Shown here: positions 29,945 through 38,583 of the stretch, in pieces
Numbering within the stretch: the first letter of the stretch is position 1
How the letters are laid out: each line of letters opens with the position of its first letter
Assembly (NCBI GenBank): GCA_020723485.1
Contig: DYIU01000001.1
Coordinates: 646,265-710,264, forward strand
From: Acidimicrobium ferrooxidans
Lineage (GTDB): Bacteria > Actinomycetota > Geothermincolia > Fen-727 > Anoxymicrobiaceae
DNA length: 64,000 nt
Direction: 5' to 3'
Notes under the pieces: model-generated
What the model was told of the DNA's origin: nothing
The model's database searches: none
The model's input: only the letters and a program-made list of their open reading frames with translations
Position numbers and translations under genes: made by a program

Positions 29945-31006
29945 GTGGTCGTTATCGTCGTCCGCTTTTTGAGCATGTTCTTATGCGCATTCAGCGGATA
30001 CAGGATAGCGGTCCTGCTGAACGAGAACTACATACTGAGGGACCCACAGCAAGCACTTGCAATCATAGTTAGCATCATTCTCGGGCTCCTCATCGGGTAT
30101 GTTCTCGGCGGTGTGATCGGCAGGTATGCCGCTAGCGCGCTGGGAGGCCTGGAGTCAATGGTCTTCAAGGCGTCCGGCGCGGACATCTTCTTCAGTTCCC
30201 TGGGGGCGCTGGCGGGTTTCCTCGTCGCCCTGATGCCGTCGATCGCGCTCTTCCACTTCGGGGAGGCCGGGTACATCGTCTCCCTTATACTGTTCCTGTT
30301 CTGCGGTTTCGCGGGCACGCGGATGGCTTACATCAAGAGGGCGGAACTCGCCAGCATGTTCAAGCTGGGCCCCAGCTTCAGCCAGGAGAGGGGCGGCGCC
30401 ACCAGCCGGATACTCGACACCAGCGTGATCATAGACGGCCGGGTCGTCGACATCGCGCGGGCGGGATTCCTCGACGGGACGCTGGTGGTGCCCAGATTCG
30501 TGCTCGAAGAACTCCAGGCCGTGGCTGACTCGGCCGATAACCTCAAACGCAGCAGGGGCCGGCGGGGCCTCGATGTGCTGAACTCCCTCCAGCGGCTCGA
30601 CAACGTGAGGATCGAGGTCACCGACCAGGATTTCCCCGAAGTCATGGGGGTGGACGCCAAGCTCGTCGTCTACTCGAAGGTGAGCGGGCTGCCGCTGGTG
30701 ACAAACGACTTCAACCTGAACAAGGTCGCCGAGCTCCAGGGTGTGCAGATACTCAACATCAACGAGCTCGCGAATGCCCTCAAGCCCGTTGTCCTCCCTG
30801 GCGAGGAGATGACCATCAAGATAATCCGTGAGGGAAAGGAGCCCGACCAGGGGGTCGGCTACCTTGACGACGGGACGATGGTCGTCGTCGAGCGCGGCAA
30901 GAGCGAGGTCGGCAACGAGGTGACCGTCACGGCCACCAGCGTCCTGCAGACGCCCGCCGGCAAGATGATCTTCACCGAGCTCAGGTCGCCGCACCAGGAG
31001 GATTAG
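29945..31006 (+). CDS. yacL: Membrane PIN/TRAM protein
   Basis: 4 TM, LDTSVIIDGR, RGRRGLD and GVGYLDDGTMVVVE motifs. Confidence 0.9.
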   Translation: MVVIVVRFLSMFLCAFSGYRIAVLLNENYILRDPQQALAIIVSIILGLLIGYVLGGVIGRYAASALGGLESMVFKASGADIFFSSLGALAGFLVALMPSIALFHFGEAGYIVSLILFLFCGFAGTRMAYIKRAELASMFKLGPSFSQERGGATSRILDTSVIIDGRVVDIARAGFLDGTLVVPRFVLEELQAVADSADNLKRSRGRRGLDVLNSLQRLDNVRIEVTDQDFPEVMGVDAKLVVYSKVSGLPLVTNDFNLNKVAELQGVQILNINELANALKPVVLPGEEMTIKIIREGKEPDQGVGYLDDGTMVVVERGKSEVGNEVTVTATSVLQTPAGKMIFTELRSPHQED

Positions 31007-31009
31007 CAG

Positions 31010-31699
31010 GTGGCCTTCGGCATAATAGCCGCGGGGGGCCGCGGCGCCCGGCTTGGCGCAACAGTGCCGAAGTTCGAACTGGAACTCGAGGGCAGGCCGC
31101 TGCTCGCCTACACGCTGGAGGTATTCCAGGACGCTCCATCGATCGAGTCGGTGGTGCTCGTCGTCCCTCCCGACCGCAAGGAGGCATGGTCCGTTTCCCG
31201 GCTGAGGGAGCTCGGCCTTTCCAAGCCGGCCGTCACTGTGGCCGGTGGGACTACGCGCCGGGGCTCCGTCGGCCTGGGCCTGCTCGCTGTCGAGGGAGAG
31301 TCGGGCGTGGCGGTCGTCCACGACGCGGCCCGTCCCCTGCTCACCGTCGAATTGCTGGAGAGGGCGTGCGATATCCCTGCCGGCGCGGACGGCGTGGTCA
31401 CGGCGGTGCCGGTCACCGACACCGTGAAGGAGGTTGACTCCTCGGTGGTAACCGCTACCCTTGACAGGGAGCGGCTGGTGGCGGTCCAGACGCCGCAGGC
31501 GTTCAGGCTGGACGTTCTCAGGAACGCGCACGCCGCCGCGGAGCGGGACGCCTTCGAGGGGACGGACGACGCTTCCCTGGTGGAAAGGATAGGGGGCCGC
31601 ATAGTCGTGGTCGAAGGCAGCCGCGAGAACATCAAGGTGACCTACGGCGAGGACCTTGAGCGGGCCCGCGTCGTGCTGCTCGAAAGGAGCGGGGGTTGA
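31010..31699 (+). CDS. ispD: MEP cytidylyltransferase
   Basis: AGGRGARLG, VHDAARP, QTPQAF, TDDA and NIKVT motifs. Confidence 0.93.
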   Translation: MAFGIIAAGGRGARLGATVPKFELELEGRPLLAYTLEVFQDAPSIESVVLVVPPDRKEAWSVSRLRELGLSKPAVTVAGGTTRRGSVGLGLLAVEGESGVAVVHDAARPLLTVELLERACDIPAGADGVVTAVPVTDTVKEVDSSVVTATLDRERLVAVQTPQAFRLDVLRNAHAAAERDAFEGTDDASLVERIGGRIVVVEGSRENIKVTYGEDLERARVVLLERSGG

Positions 31700-32172
31700 G
31701 GACCGGCATCGGCATCGACGCGCACAGGTTCGCTGAAGGCCGGAGGCTCGTCCTGGGAGGGGTCGAGTTCGAAGGAGAGCGGGGCCTCGCGGGCCACTCG
31801 GACGCGGACGTGCTGCTCCATGCCATAATGGACGCGCTCCTGGGGGCCTGCGGCGCCGGTGACGTAGGAGAGCTGTTCCCGGACAGCGACCCGACCTTCG
31901 AAGGCGTCTCGAGCCTGGAGCTGCTCGAGCGCGTCGCAGGTGAGGTGAGCTCCAGGGGCTTCCGGGTGGTCAACGTGGACGCGGTCGTCGTCTGCGAAAC
32001 GCCCAGGATCTCGCCCTACCGCCGGATGATGACCGACCGGATCTCCGCCGCGCTGGGCCTGGAGCCTCAGGCGGTCTCCGTCAAGGGGACCACGACCGAG
32101 GGAATGGGCTTCACCGGGGCGGGGGAGGGGATCCTGGCTGCCGCTACCACCCTGGTAGAGGCCGTGAAGTAG
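31696..32172 (+). CDS. ispF: MEcPP synthase
   Basis: GIDAH, GHSDADVLLHA, FPD and KGTTTE motifs. Confidence 0.94.
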   Translation: MRTGIGIDAHRFAEGRRLVLGGVEFEGERGLAGHSDADVLLHAIMDALLGACGAGDVGELFPDSDPTFEGVSSLELLERVAGEVSSRGFRVVNVDAVVVCETPRISPYRRMMTDRISAALGLEPQAVSVKGTTTEGMGFTGAGEGILAAATTLVEAVK

Positions 32173-32220
32173 AGAGGGCCGGGCGCCCCGGCCGACCCAG
32201 GACATCCATGGAGAGAGACA

Positions 32221-33609
32221 TTGGCCAAGAAACAGTTCGTACCTGACCGCGTTCCGGTAAGGAGGCAGGACGCCTCAGAAAGGATCGGGAACTTCGGCGA
32301 GGTGGCGCTGGGCTACGACGAATCCGAGGCCAGGTCGGAGGCGGCCCGCTGCCTCCAGTGCAAGAAGCCGACCTGCGTAGACGGATGCCCGGTCAACATC
32401 GATATCCCCGGGTTCGTGGGGGAGATCGAGAAGGGCGTCCCCGGTGAAGCGGTCGAGACCATCAAGCGCGAGAACCTCCTGCCCGGCGTCTGCGGCAGGG
32501 TCTGCCCGCAGGAGTCGCAGTGCGAGGAGAAGTGCATCCTGGGCAAGAAAGGCGACCCCCTCGCCATAGGGAAGCTGGAGAGGTTCGCGGCCGACTGGGA
32601 GGCTGGGAGCGGGGCCTCAGGGGTGCCGGCGGCCGCCGGGCCGACCGGCAAGGCCGCGGCGGTGGTCGGCTCTGGGCCCGCCGGGTTGACGGTAGCGGCG
32701 GAGCTCGCGAAGAACGGCCACCGCGTTACGGTGTTCGAGGCGCTCCACGTCGCCGGGGGGGTGCTCACCTACGGCATCCCGGAGTTCCGCCTGCCGCAGT
32801 GGGTCGTCGACCGGGAGGTCGGCATGCTCGAGAAGCTGGGCGTCGAGATAGTCCTCGACTTCGTGGTAGGGAGGACCGCGACGGTGGGTGATCTCCTGGA
32901 GGAGTACCAGGCCCTGTTCGTGGGCATCGGAGCGGGCCTGCCCAGCTTCATGGGCATCCCGGGGGAGAACCTGAACGGCGTGTATTCCGCGAACGAGTTC
33001 CTGACGCGCAGCAACCTGATGCTCGCCCGCAGCTTCCCGGAGTACGACACGCCGGTCAAGAGGGGCGGCAGGGTCGTAGTGGTCGGCGGCGGCAACGTGG
33101 CCATGGACTCCGCGCGCACCGCGCTCAGGATGGGCGCCGACGAGGTCCACATCGTGTACCGGAGGTCCCGGGTGGAGATGCCGGCGCGCGTGGAGGAGGT
33201 CGACCACGGGGAAGAAGAAGGCATAGTCTTCCACATGCTCACCAACCCGGTGGAGGTCCTGGGAGAGGACGGTTACATACGGGGGATGGTGTGCCAGCGC
33301 ATGGAGCTGGGTGAGCCCGACGAGTCGGGACGCCGGCGCCCGGTGCCGATCGAGGGCGACTACTTCGAGCTGGACTGCAACGTGATGGTAATGGCGATAG
33401 GGACGCGGGCGAACCCGCTTCTCCCCTCGACCACGGAGGGTCTCGAGCTCAACAAGCGGGGATACATCCAGATCGATCCCGAGACGTTCGCCACGAGCCT
33501 GCCGGGGGTCTATGCCGGCGGTGACATAGTCACCGGCTCGGCGACCGTCATCGAGGCGATGGGGGCCGGAAAGATCGCCGCTGCAGCCATGCACGCCCAC
33601 ATGACCTAG
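32221..33609 (+). CDS. GltD/SudA/NfnB-family NADPH-dependent Fe-S flavoprotein
   Basis: RCLQC..C..GCP, CGRVCPQE..C, GSGPAG, GGGNVAMD and GGDIVTG motifs. Confidence 0.9.
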   Translation: MAKKQFVPDRVPVRRQDASERIGNFGEVALGYDESEARSEAARCLQCKKPTCVDGCPVNIDIPGFVGEIEKGVPGEAVETIKRENLLPGVCGRVCPQESQCEEKCILGKKGDPLAIGKLERFAADWEAGSGASGVPAAAGPTGKAAAVVGSGPAGLTVAAELAKNGHRVTVFEALHVAGGVLTYGIPEFRLPQWVVDREVGMLEKLGVEIVLDFVVGRTATVGDLLEEYQALFVGIGAGLPSFMGIPGENLNGVYSANEFLTRSNLMLARSFPEYDTPVKRGGRVVVVGGGNVAMDSARTALRMGADEVHIVYRRSRVEMPARVEEVDHGEEEGIVFHMLTNPVEVLGEDGYIRGMVCQRMELGEPDESGRRRPVPIEGDYFELDCNVMVMAIGTRANPLLPSTTEGLELNKRGYIQIDPETFATSLPGVYAGGDIVTGSATVIEAMGAGKIAAAAMHAHMT

Positions 33610-34277
33610 TGCTCGTGAAGGTGCTCGCCCACTTCCTCGTTGAGCTTGTCCGCTTCCTCGATCGACATCAGCTCAGGGTACGACCTCTCCCCGGAGATCA
33701 CCTGGTCGACCGTGCTCAAGAAGTTCTCGTAGATGAGCTTCTGGTCCTCGTCGTCGGTCAGGCTTATCGCCTTGAGCAGGTGGTACCGGGCTTTTTTCGC
33801 GTCCTTCTTGAAGAAGAAGTAGATTGAAGCCAGGTTGTACTGCAGCATCTCGGAGTCGGGATTGTAACGGACCCCCTCCAGCGCGAGGTCGAAACCCTCG
33901 TCGACCCTGCCGAGCCGGGCGAGCGTCCAGCTCGCGTAGTAGTAGGCCATTGCGAAACGCGGGTGGAGCTTGGTTATAAGCCAGTAGTACGGGAAGACCC
34001 CTACATCCTTTGAGACGCTGCCGCCCATGTACTCGTGGAAGATGTCGTCGGTCTTGCTCCACAGGTTGGTGGCGAGCGACTCACGCACCCCTCCGAGAAC
34101 GTCGAGCACCGAGCGGGCTGTATCGAACGGAGTGCTGTCATCCCAGCCTGCGCGCGAACCGCTCGACCCGTCGATCGAGTACTGGAGGGCGATGCCTCCC
34201 GCCAGGAGCGCGGCGATGACCACGAGCGCCATCCAGGTCGAGACCTGCCTGCCCTTCGAATCGCGGAGCGCCTTCAT
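33606..34277 (-). CDS. Membrane-anchored TPR protein (PilG/XapA-like)
   Basis: N-terminal TM and TPR-like helices; translationally coupled to the permease. Confidence 0.65.
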   Translation of the reverse strand: MKALRDSKGRQVSTWMALVVIAALLAGGIALQYSIDGSSGSRAGWDDSTPFDTARSVLDVLGGVRESLATNLWSKTDDIFHEYMGGSVSKDVGVFPYYWLITKLHPRFAMAYYYASWTLARLGRVDEGFDLALEGVRYNPDSEMLQYNLASIYFFFKKDAKKARYHLLKAISLTDDEDQKLIYENFLSTVDQVISGERSYPELMSIEEADKLNEEVGEHLHEH

Positions 34278-35044
34278 CAGAGGTCCCTCCGCCTGAAGAC
34301 CAGGTATCCGATAATCAGGAAGATGGCTATGAACATCAGCGCGTATGCGGTAATGCGCAGCATCTGGGTGGCCGGGACCCCCCCGCCGTAGCCGACCTGC
34401 AGCGAGACGTTGAAGTTCTCGAGGTTGGGGATGACGTAGTAGAGGCTCCAGCTGAAGACCCTGACGAAGCCGGTGGCGCCCTCGACCAGCTTCTCGTGCA
34501 GGAACCCCGTCTTGACGTGGCATACCAGGTAGAAGAGGACGGTGGCGAAAACGTTCACCGGCACGGTTGCGAACGTGGAGAGTGCCAGGCAGAAAGCCGC
34601 GATCACCGCGCTCTCCAGGAACACGGCGAAGACCCCCTGGAACACCACCGGCGTGAAGACGCCGAGCCTGACGTATATGAGGACCAGCACCTCCAGGCCC
34701 ATGACCGCCAGGATACCGGCCAGCGCCGCGATGACCCCCAGGTACTTGCCCGCCATGTACTGCAGCCTGCTGACGGGCTTGGACAGGACGTTATAGATGG
34801 TCCGCCTGTCGATCTCGCCGGGTATCTGGCCTACGGACAGGATTACCGCTAGCACCACCCCGAACAGCGCCGTCAGGCTCAGTGAGACGTCCCTGAGGAA
34901 CTGCGCCCTCGCGCCCATCTCGAACGTAGGCAGGAGCGGCGAGAGCGCAACGACGGCGAGGCCGAAGAGGAAGACAACGTAGAAGATCTTCCTCCTCGCC
35001 GCGTCCTTCACCACGTTGATTGCGATGTAGGCGATGTTCCTCAA
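34277..35044 (-). CDS. ABC-2 type permease (PilI-like)
   Basis: EIDRRTIYNVLSKPVSR..GKYLG, PNLENF and terminal FRRRDL. Confidence 0.85.
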   Translation of the reverse strand: MRNIAYIAINVVKDAARRKIFYVVFLFGLAVVALSPLLPTFEMGARAQFLRDVSLSLTALFGVVLAVILSVGQIPGEIDRRTIYNVLSKPVSRLQYMAGKYLGVIAALAGILAVMGLEVLVLIYVRLGVFTPVVFQGVFAVFLESAVIAAFCLALSTFATVPVNVFATVLFYLVCHVKTGFLHEKLVEGATGFVRVFSWSLYYVIPNLENFNVSLQVGYGGGVPATQMLRITAYALMFIAIFLIIGYLVFRRRDL

Positions 35045-35970
35045 GCCGATGTCTCCCTGATGGTCTCGAGGAAGAGTTCCTCGAGCGACTGCTGGTAAGG
35101 CTTCACGGATACAAGCTCCATCCCGAGGTCCTTAGCGGCCTCGAGCGCCTGGAAGACCCGTACCCCCTCCACGTCCAGCAGCGTCTCCTCTCCCTGGCGG
35201 CTGACCTGCGGGGAGACCTGACCGAGGCGTTCCGCGGCATCGGGACCGCCTCCCTTCAGGGTTATCCTGGTGAGCCCCCGGGCGGCGAGGAGGTCGGAGA
35301 GATTGCCCTCCTTCACCGAGCGGCCGCGGTTGACGATGGTCACGCTGTCGCAGATGTTCTCCACCTCGGAGAGCTGGTGGCTCGAGAGGAAGATGGTCTT
35401 TCCGAGCTCCTTGAGGTGGACGAGGATGTCGCGGACCTCTTTCTGGCCCACCGGGTCCAGCCCGCTCGACGGCTCGTCCATCACCACCAGCTCTGGATCG
35501 TTCAGGAGCGCCTGGGCGATGCCGAACCGCTGGAGCATCCCCTTGGAGTACTTGTCCAGCGTGAGATGGTTTCCGGCGCTCAGCCCGACCAGGTCGAGCA
35601 GCTCTCCCGACCGCTGTCTGAGCGAGGCACGGTCGAGGCCGAAGAACTTACCGTAGAGCTCGAGCCCTTTCTCGGCGGTCAGGAAACCGTAGAAGTAAGG
35701 CTGCTCCGGCAGGAAACCCAGCCTGTCGTGCGCCGCGCGGCCGCCCAGGGGCTCCCCGAGAAGGGACCCGCTTCCCCCTTCGGGGAACACTATCCCCAGG
35801 AGCACCTTGATGGTGGTGGTCTTTCCGGCGCCGTTCGGGCCCAGCAGCCCGAATATCTCACCGGCGCGCACCTCGAGCGAGAGGTCCTCGACGGCGGTCT
35901 TGCGCTTCCTCCTGAGACCGGTCCGGTAGGACTTGCTGATGTTTCGAAGCGAGATAGCGTTCTCTGTCAA
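35041..35970 (-). CDS. ABC transporter ATP-binding protein (PilH-like)
   Basis: GPNGAGKTT, YSKGM, DEPSSGLD and SSH motifs. Confidence 0.92.
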   Translation of the reverse strand: MTENAISLRNISKSYRTGLRRKRKTAVEDLSLEVRAGEIFGLLGPNGAGKTTTIKVLLGIVFPEGGSGSLLGEPLGGRAAHDRLGFLPEQPYFYGFLTAEKGLELYGKFFGLDRASLRQRSGELLDLVGLSAGNHLTLDKYSKGMLQRFGIAQALLNDPELVVMDEPSSGLDPVGQKEVRDILVHLKELGKTIFLSSHQLSEVENICDSVTIVNRGRSVKEGNLSDLLAARGLTRITLKGGGPDAAERLGQVSPQVSRQGEETLLDVEGVRVFQALEAAKDLGMELVSVKPYQQSLEELFLETIRETSA

Positions 35971-36032
35971 ACGAGTCTCCGAAAGGCACGGTGGGTTCCG
36001 CCCGTATTATAGCAGAGCCCCTCACCGCAGAA

Positions 36033-36063
36033 CGCAACAGCGGGGTCAGGTCACTTTGTTGCG
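36033..36063. repeat. REP-like element
   Basis: CGCAACAGCGGGGTCAGGTCACTTTGTTGCG; ends are self-complementary; same family as 12358 and 63698. Confidence 0.75.
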
Positions 36064-36189
36064 TTTTCTGTTCCGCCCACGACGGTTGCCGGCGCGCCGG
36101 TCGGCGGTGGGGCACATCGACGCGCGGCGGTGCAAGCGCGGCGGCAAATCCATTACAATTCACTGAGAAGCGCGACATACCGGAGGCGC

Positions 36190-36378
36190 ATGATGTGTGA
36201 ATCGAACATCTACCTGAGGGACGACGAGGGAGACCGACTGGTCATGGAGGACGCCGTGATGGTCGAGACCGAGGGCGGCCGCATAAGCGTCACGGATATC
36301 CTCGGCGAGAAGAAGGAGTTCGAGGGCACCCTCGAGGAGATAACCTTCCTGGACCACCGCATCGTCATCCGGGTCTGA
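36190..36378 (+). CDS. cooT: CooT-family nickel-binding protein
   Basis: MCESNIY..VMED..DILGE..HRI, ~62 aa; GGAGG RBS. Confidence 0.8.
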   Translation: MMCESNIYLRDDEGDRLVMEDAVMVETEGGRISVTDILGEKKEFEGTLEEITFLDHRIVIRV

Positions 36379-36390
36379 AGAAGGCTCGCG

Positions 36391-37815
36391 GTGGGTTCGG
36401 GGTTCCGGTTCTTCAGGGAAGACCTCTGCGACCGCTGCGGCGTTTGCTTCGAGCGCTGCCCGGTGCTCGAGCTTCCCCCCGAGGAAGCGAAGCGGCAGAT
36501 CGAGATACTCATCAGCGGCGATGCGGGCGCCTCCTTGGTGCTCCGGCGCTGCGTAACCTGCAACATCTGCGAGTTCGCCTGCCCGCAGCGCGCGAACCCT
36601 TACGGCCTCATCCTCGAACGCCACAATGAAGCCCTCGAGGACCGCGGCCTGCCCTACATAGCCAGGTTCATCTTCCCGAACGAGCGCGAGAACATGTGGA
36701 CCTCCACCCGGGTGCTGATGGACGATGAAGAACTCGCGCTCCTTCGTTCCTGGGAGGACAACCTCAACAACCCGAGGAAGGAAGTCCTGCTCACCGGCTT
36801 CTACAACAACCTGGTGCCGTTCATCGCCGGGGCATCGCTCCTCGAGGAGCTCAAGCCGGCAATCGTCGGCAGCGACATGATGTTCGGGATGGGCGAGGAC
36901 GCCTACAGGATCGGTTTCTTCGAGGAGGCTGAAAGGCTGGGCCGGCTCGCCGGTCGCAGATTCTCGGAGATGGGCGTGGAGAAGATGTACTGCTTCATGG
37001 TCGTGGAGGCCTCCATGTTCACCGACGTGCTGCCGAGGAAGTTCGGCGTCGACTTCGACTTCGAGGTCGAACTGCTGGACAGCTGGATACTCGACCGGCT
37101 GAAGAGCGGGAAGATCGAGGTCAGGGAGCAGCTCGACATGAAGGTCGCCGTCCACGACAACTGCTGCGGCAGGTACATGGACGGGACACTGCCCGGCGCA
37201 ACCCGCGAGATAGTGAAGCTTACCGGCTGCGAGGTCGTCGAGATGCGGCACTGCGGCGAGCGCGCTCTCTGCTGCGGTTGGGCCGGGACCGTTCCAACTC
37301 TTTTCGGGCCGACATCGAGCAACCCCCTGCATACCCTGCTCAACCTGCTGCAGGGCCTGTACCTCAGGCAGCAGGAGGCCGAGGCGACGGGAGCCGACGC
37401 CGTGGTCGTACCCTGTCCCGGCTGCTACGTGTTCCTGTCGATGATAAAGGTCCTGACCGACGGCAGGGTGGACGTGTACCTCCCGATAGAACTGGTGCAG
37501 ATGGCAGCCGGGGAGACTCCAGCGCACAGAAACGAGGAAAGGGCCTGGGACATCCTCGCAGTCACCAGCAACCTCGTTCTCAAGTGGATATTCTCACCAA
37601 AGCGGTTCTTCCCAGGACCTGTTGACATCGACATGCCGCTCCCCGAAGCAAGGGCGGGCGACGCCGCCCGCATAAAGCTGTTCGCCAGGCTGTATCACAG
37701 CGCCATTGTGCAGAACCGACTTACGAGGACCGCCATCGCCGCGGCCACCAGGGCCATCATAGCGGCCTACCGTGTATACCTCGAAACAGAGAAGCGCAGG
37801 CTGCTCCGCACTTGA
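36391..37815 (+). CDS. Fe-S protein with 2x[4Fe-4S] and CCG domain (HdrD/GlpC-like)
   Basis: CDRCGVCFERCP, CVTCNICEFACP, HDNC, LCCG and CPGC motifs. Confidence 0.85.
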   Translation: MGSGFRFFREDLCDRCGVCFERCPVLELPPEEAKRQIEILISGDAGASLVLRRCVTCNICEFACPQRANPYGLILERHNEALEDRGLPYIARFIFPNERENMWTSTRVLMDDEELALLRSWEDNLNNPRKEVLLTGFYNNLVPFIAGASLLEELKPAIVGSDMMFGMGEDAYRIGFFEEAERLGRLAGRRFSEMGVEKMYCFMVVEASMFTDVLPRKFGVDFDFEVELLDSWILDRLKSGKIEVREQLDMKVAVHDNCCGRYMDGTLPGATREIVKLTGCEVVEMRHCGERALCCGWAGTVPTLFGPTSSNPLHTLLNLLQGLYLRQQEAEATGADAVVVPCPGCYVFLSMIKVLTDGRVDVYLPIELVQMAAGETPAHRNEERAWDILAVTSNLVLKWIFSPKRFFPGPVDIDMPLPEARAGDAARIKLFARLYHSAIVQNRLTRTAIAAATRAIIAAYRVYLETEKRRLLRT

Positions 37816-37819
37816 TCCA

Positions 37820-38224
37820 GCCAATCAATTTCCCTGAGACAGCGCGCCGGTGGCAGGGTCCCCATCGCTGCAACGCCAACTGATTTCCACAAGAACCCAT
37901 CCGTTGGTAGGGGTCCCCATCGCTGAAAGGCCAACTGATTCCCACAATCTTCAATCCGTTGGTAGGGGTCCCTGGCGTCAAACGTGCGTTGAATACCCAC
38001 CACTCCACGCCGGGGGTAGCCAAGGATTGGCTGAACGATTCCCATATGCACCCATCCGGTGGTAGGGGTCCCCATCGCTGAACGCATGCAGAGAAAATGT
38101 AGTTCGCGATGGGGGTAGACGAGGGATTGGCCGACTAGTTCCCACAACCGCCCATCCGGTGGTAGGGGTCCCCATCGCTGAGCGCATGCAGAGAAAATGT
38201 AGTTCGCGATGGGGGTAGACGAGG
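37820..38224. repeat. Non-coding tandem array of structured repeats (units at 37847, 37901, 37956, 38056, 38156)
   Basis: Core CCGKTGGTAGGGGTCCC occurs 5 times with periods 54, 55, 100, 100; 38051-38124 and 38151-38224 differ at one base. Confidence 0.9.
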
Positions 38225-38269
38225 AGCCTATGAAACACACGACAAACAACTTCCTCGTCGTTGGGGAGA

Positions 38270-38389
38270 GGACAACCGGGCCTTGGAACCGGGTCCCGCA
38301 TGATGCGGCGTATCAGACCTTAATGCGGCAACTCTTGGGGATATTTGGATGGTCCAAATACTTTAACCCTGAGCTGTACCCGGTTGTCC
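38270..38389 (-). ncRNA. Candidate structured RNA element
   Basis: Perfect 11-bp closing IR GGACAACCGGG/CCCGGTTGTCC enclosing TATTTGGA/TCCAAATA and CCGCAT/ATGCGG stems. Confidence 0.4.
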
Positions 38390-38583
38390 GAACTTGGTAC
38401 TGGCAACCAATTCTCCCGGCGACGCCGGGAGTCCCGGCCGCCTGTCGGATGAGAAGCGGTACCTCTGGGTACCATTTTTACCGGTGAACGGTCGATTATC
38501 AACGTAAATACCCATTTGCGGGCAAAAACGGGTGTTAAACAGCATATTCAGTAGGTGAGCGGAAAAAATGAACAATAAGCAGG

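Noticed and set aside
37847-38224. CRISPR array
   Set aside because: Irregular period, inter-repeat segments are homologous or duplicated rather than unique spacers, and no cas genes are in the window.
37847-38224. Integron attC array or group II intron remnant
   Set aside because: No RYYYAAC/GTTRRRY boxes, no domain V signature, no integrase or reverse transcriptase nearby.
38110-38225. SAM-I riboswitch resemblance (GAGGGATTGGCC..ACAACC..GGTGG)
   Set aside because: No P1 AUC/GAU, the core GCAACC/GGUGC is not matched, and no sulfur-metabolism gene lies downstream.
38335-38412. TPP riboswitch or tRNA resemblance (CTGAG..ACCC..GAAC; CAGCTCAG)
   Set aside because: Lacks CCUGAU and UAAU..GCG.AGG; no T-arm or cloverleaf.
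37757-38575. Short minus-strand ORFs across the repeat region
   Set aside because: Repeat period shifts frame, no RBS, atypical codon usage.
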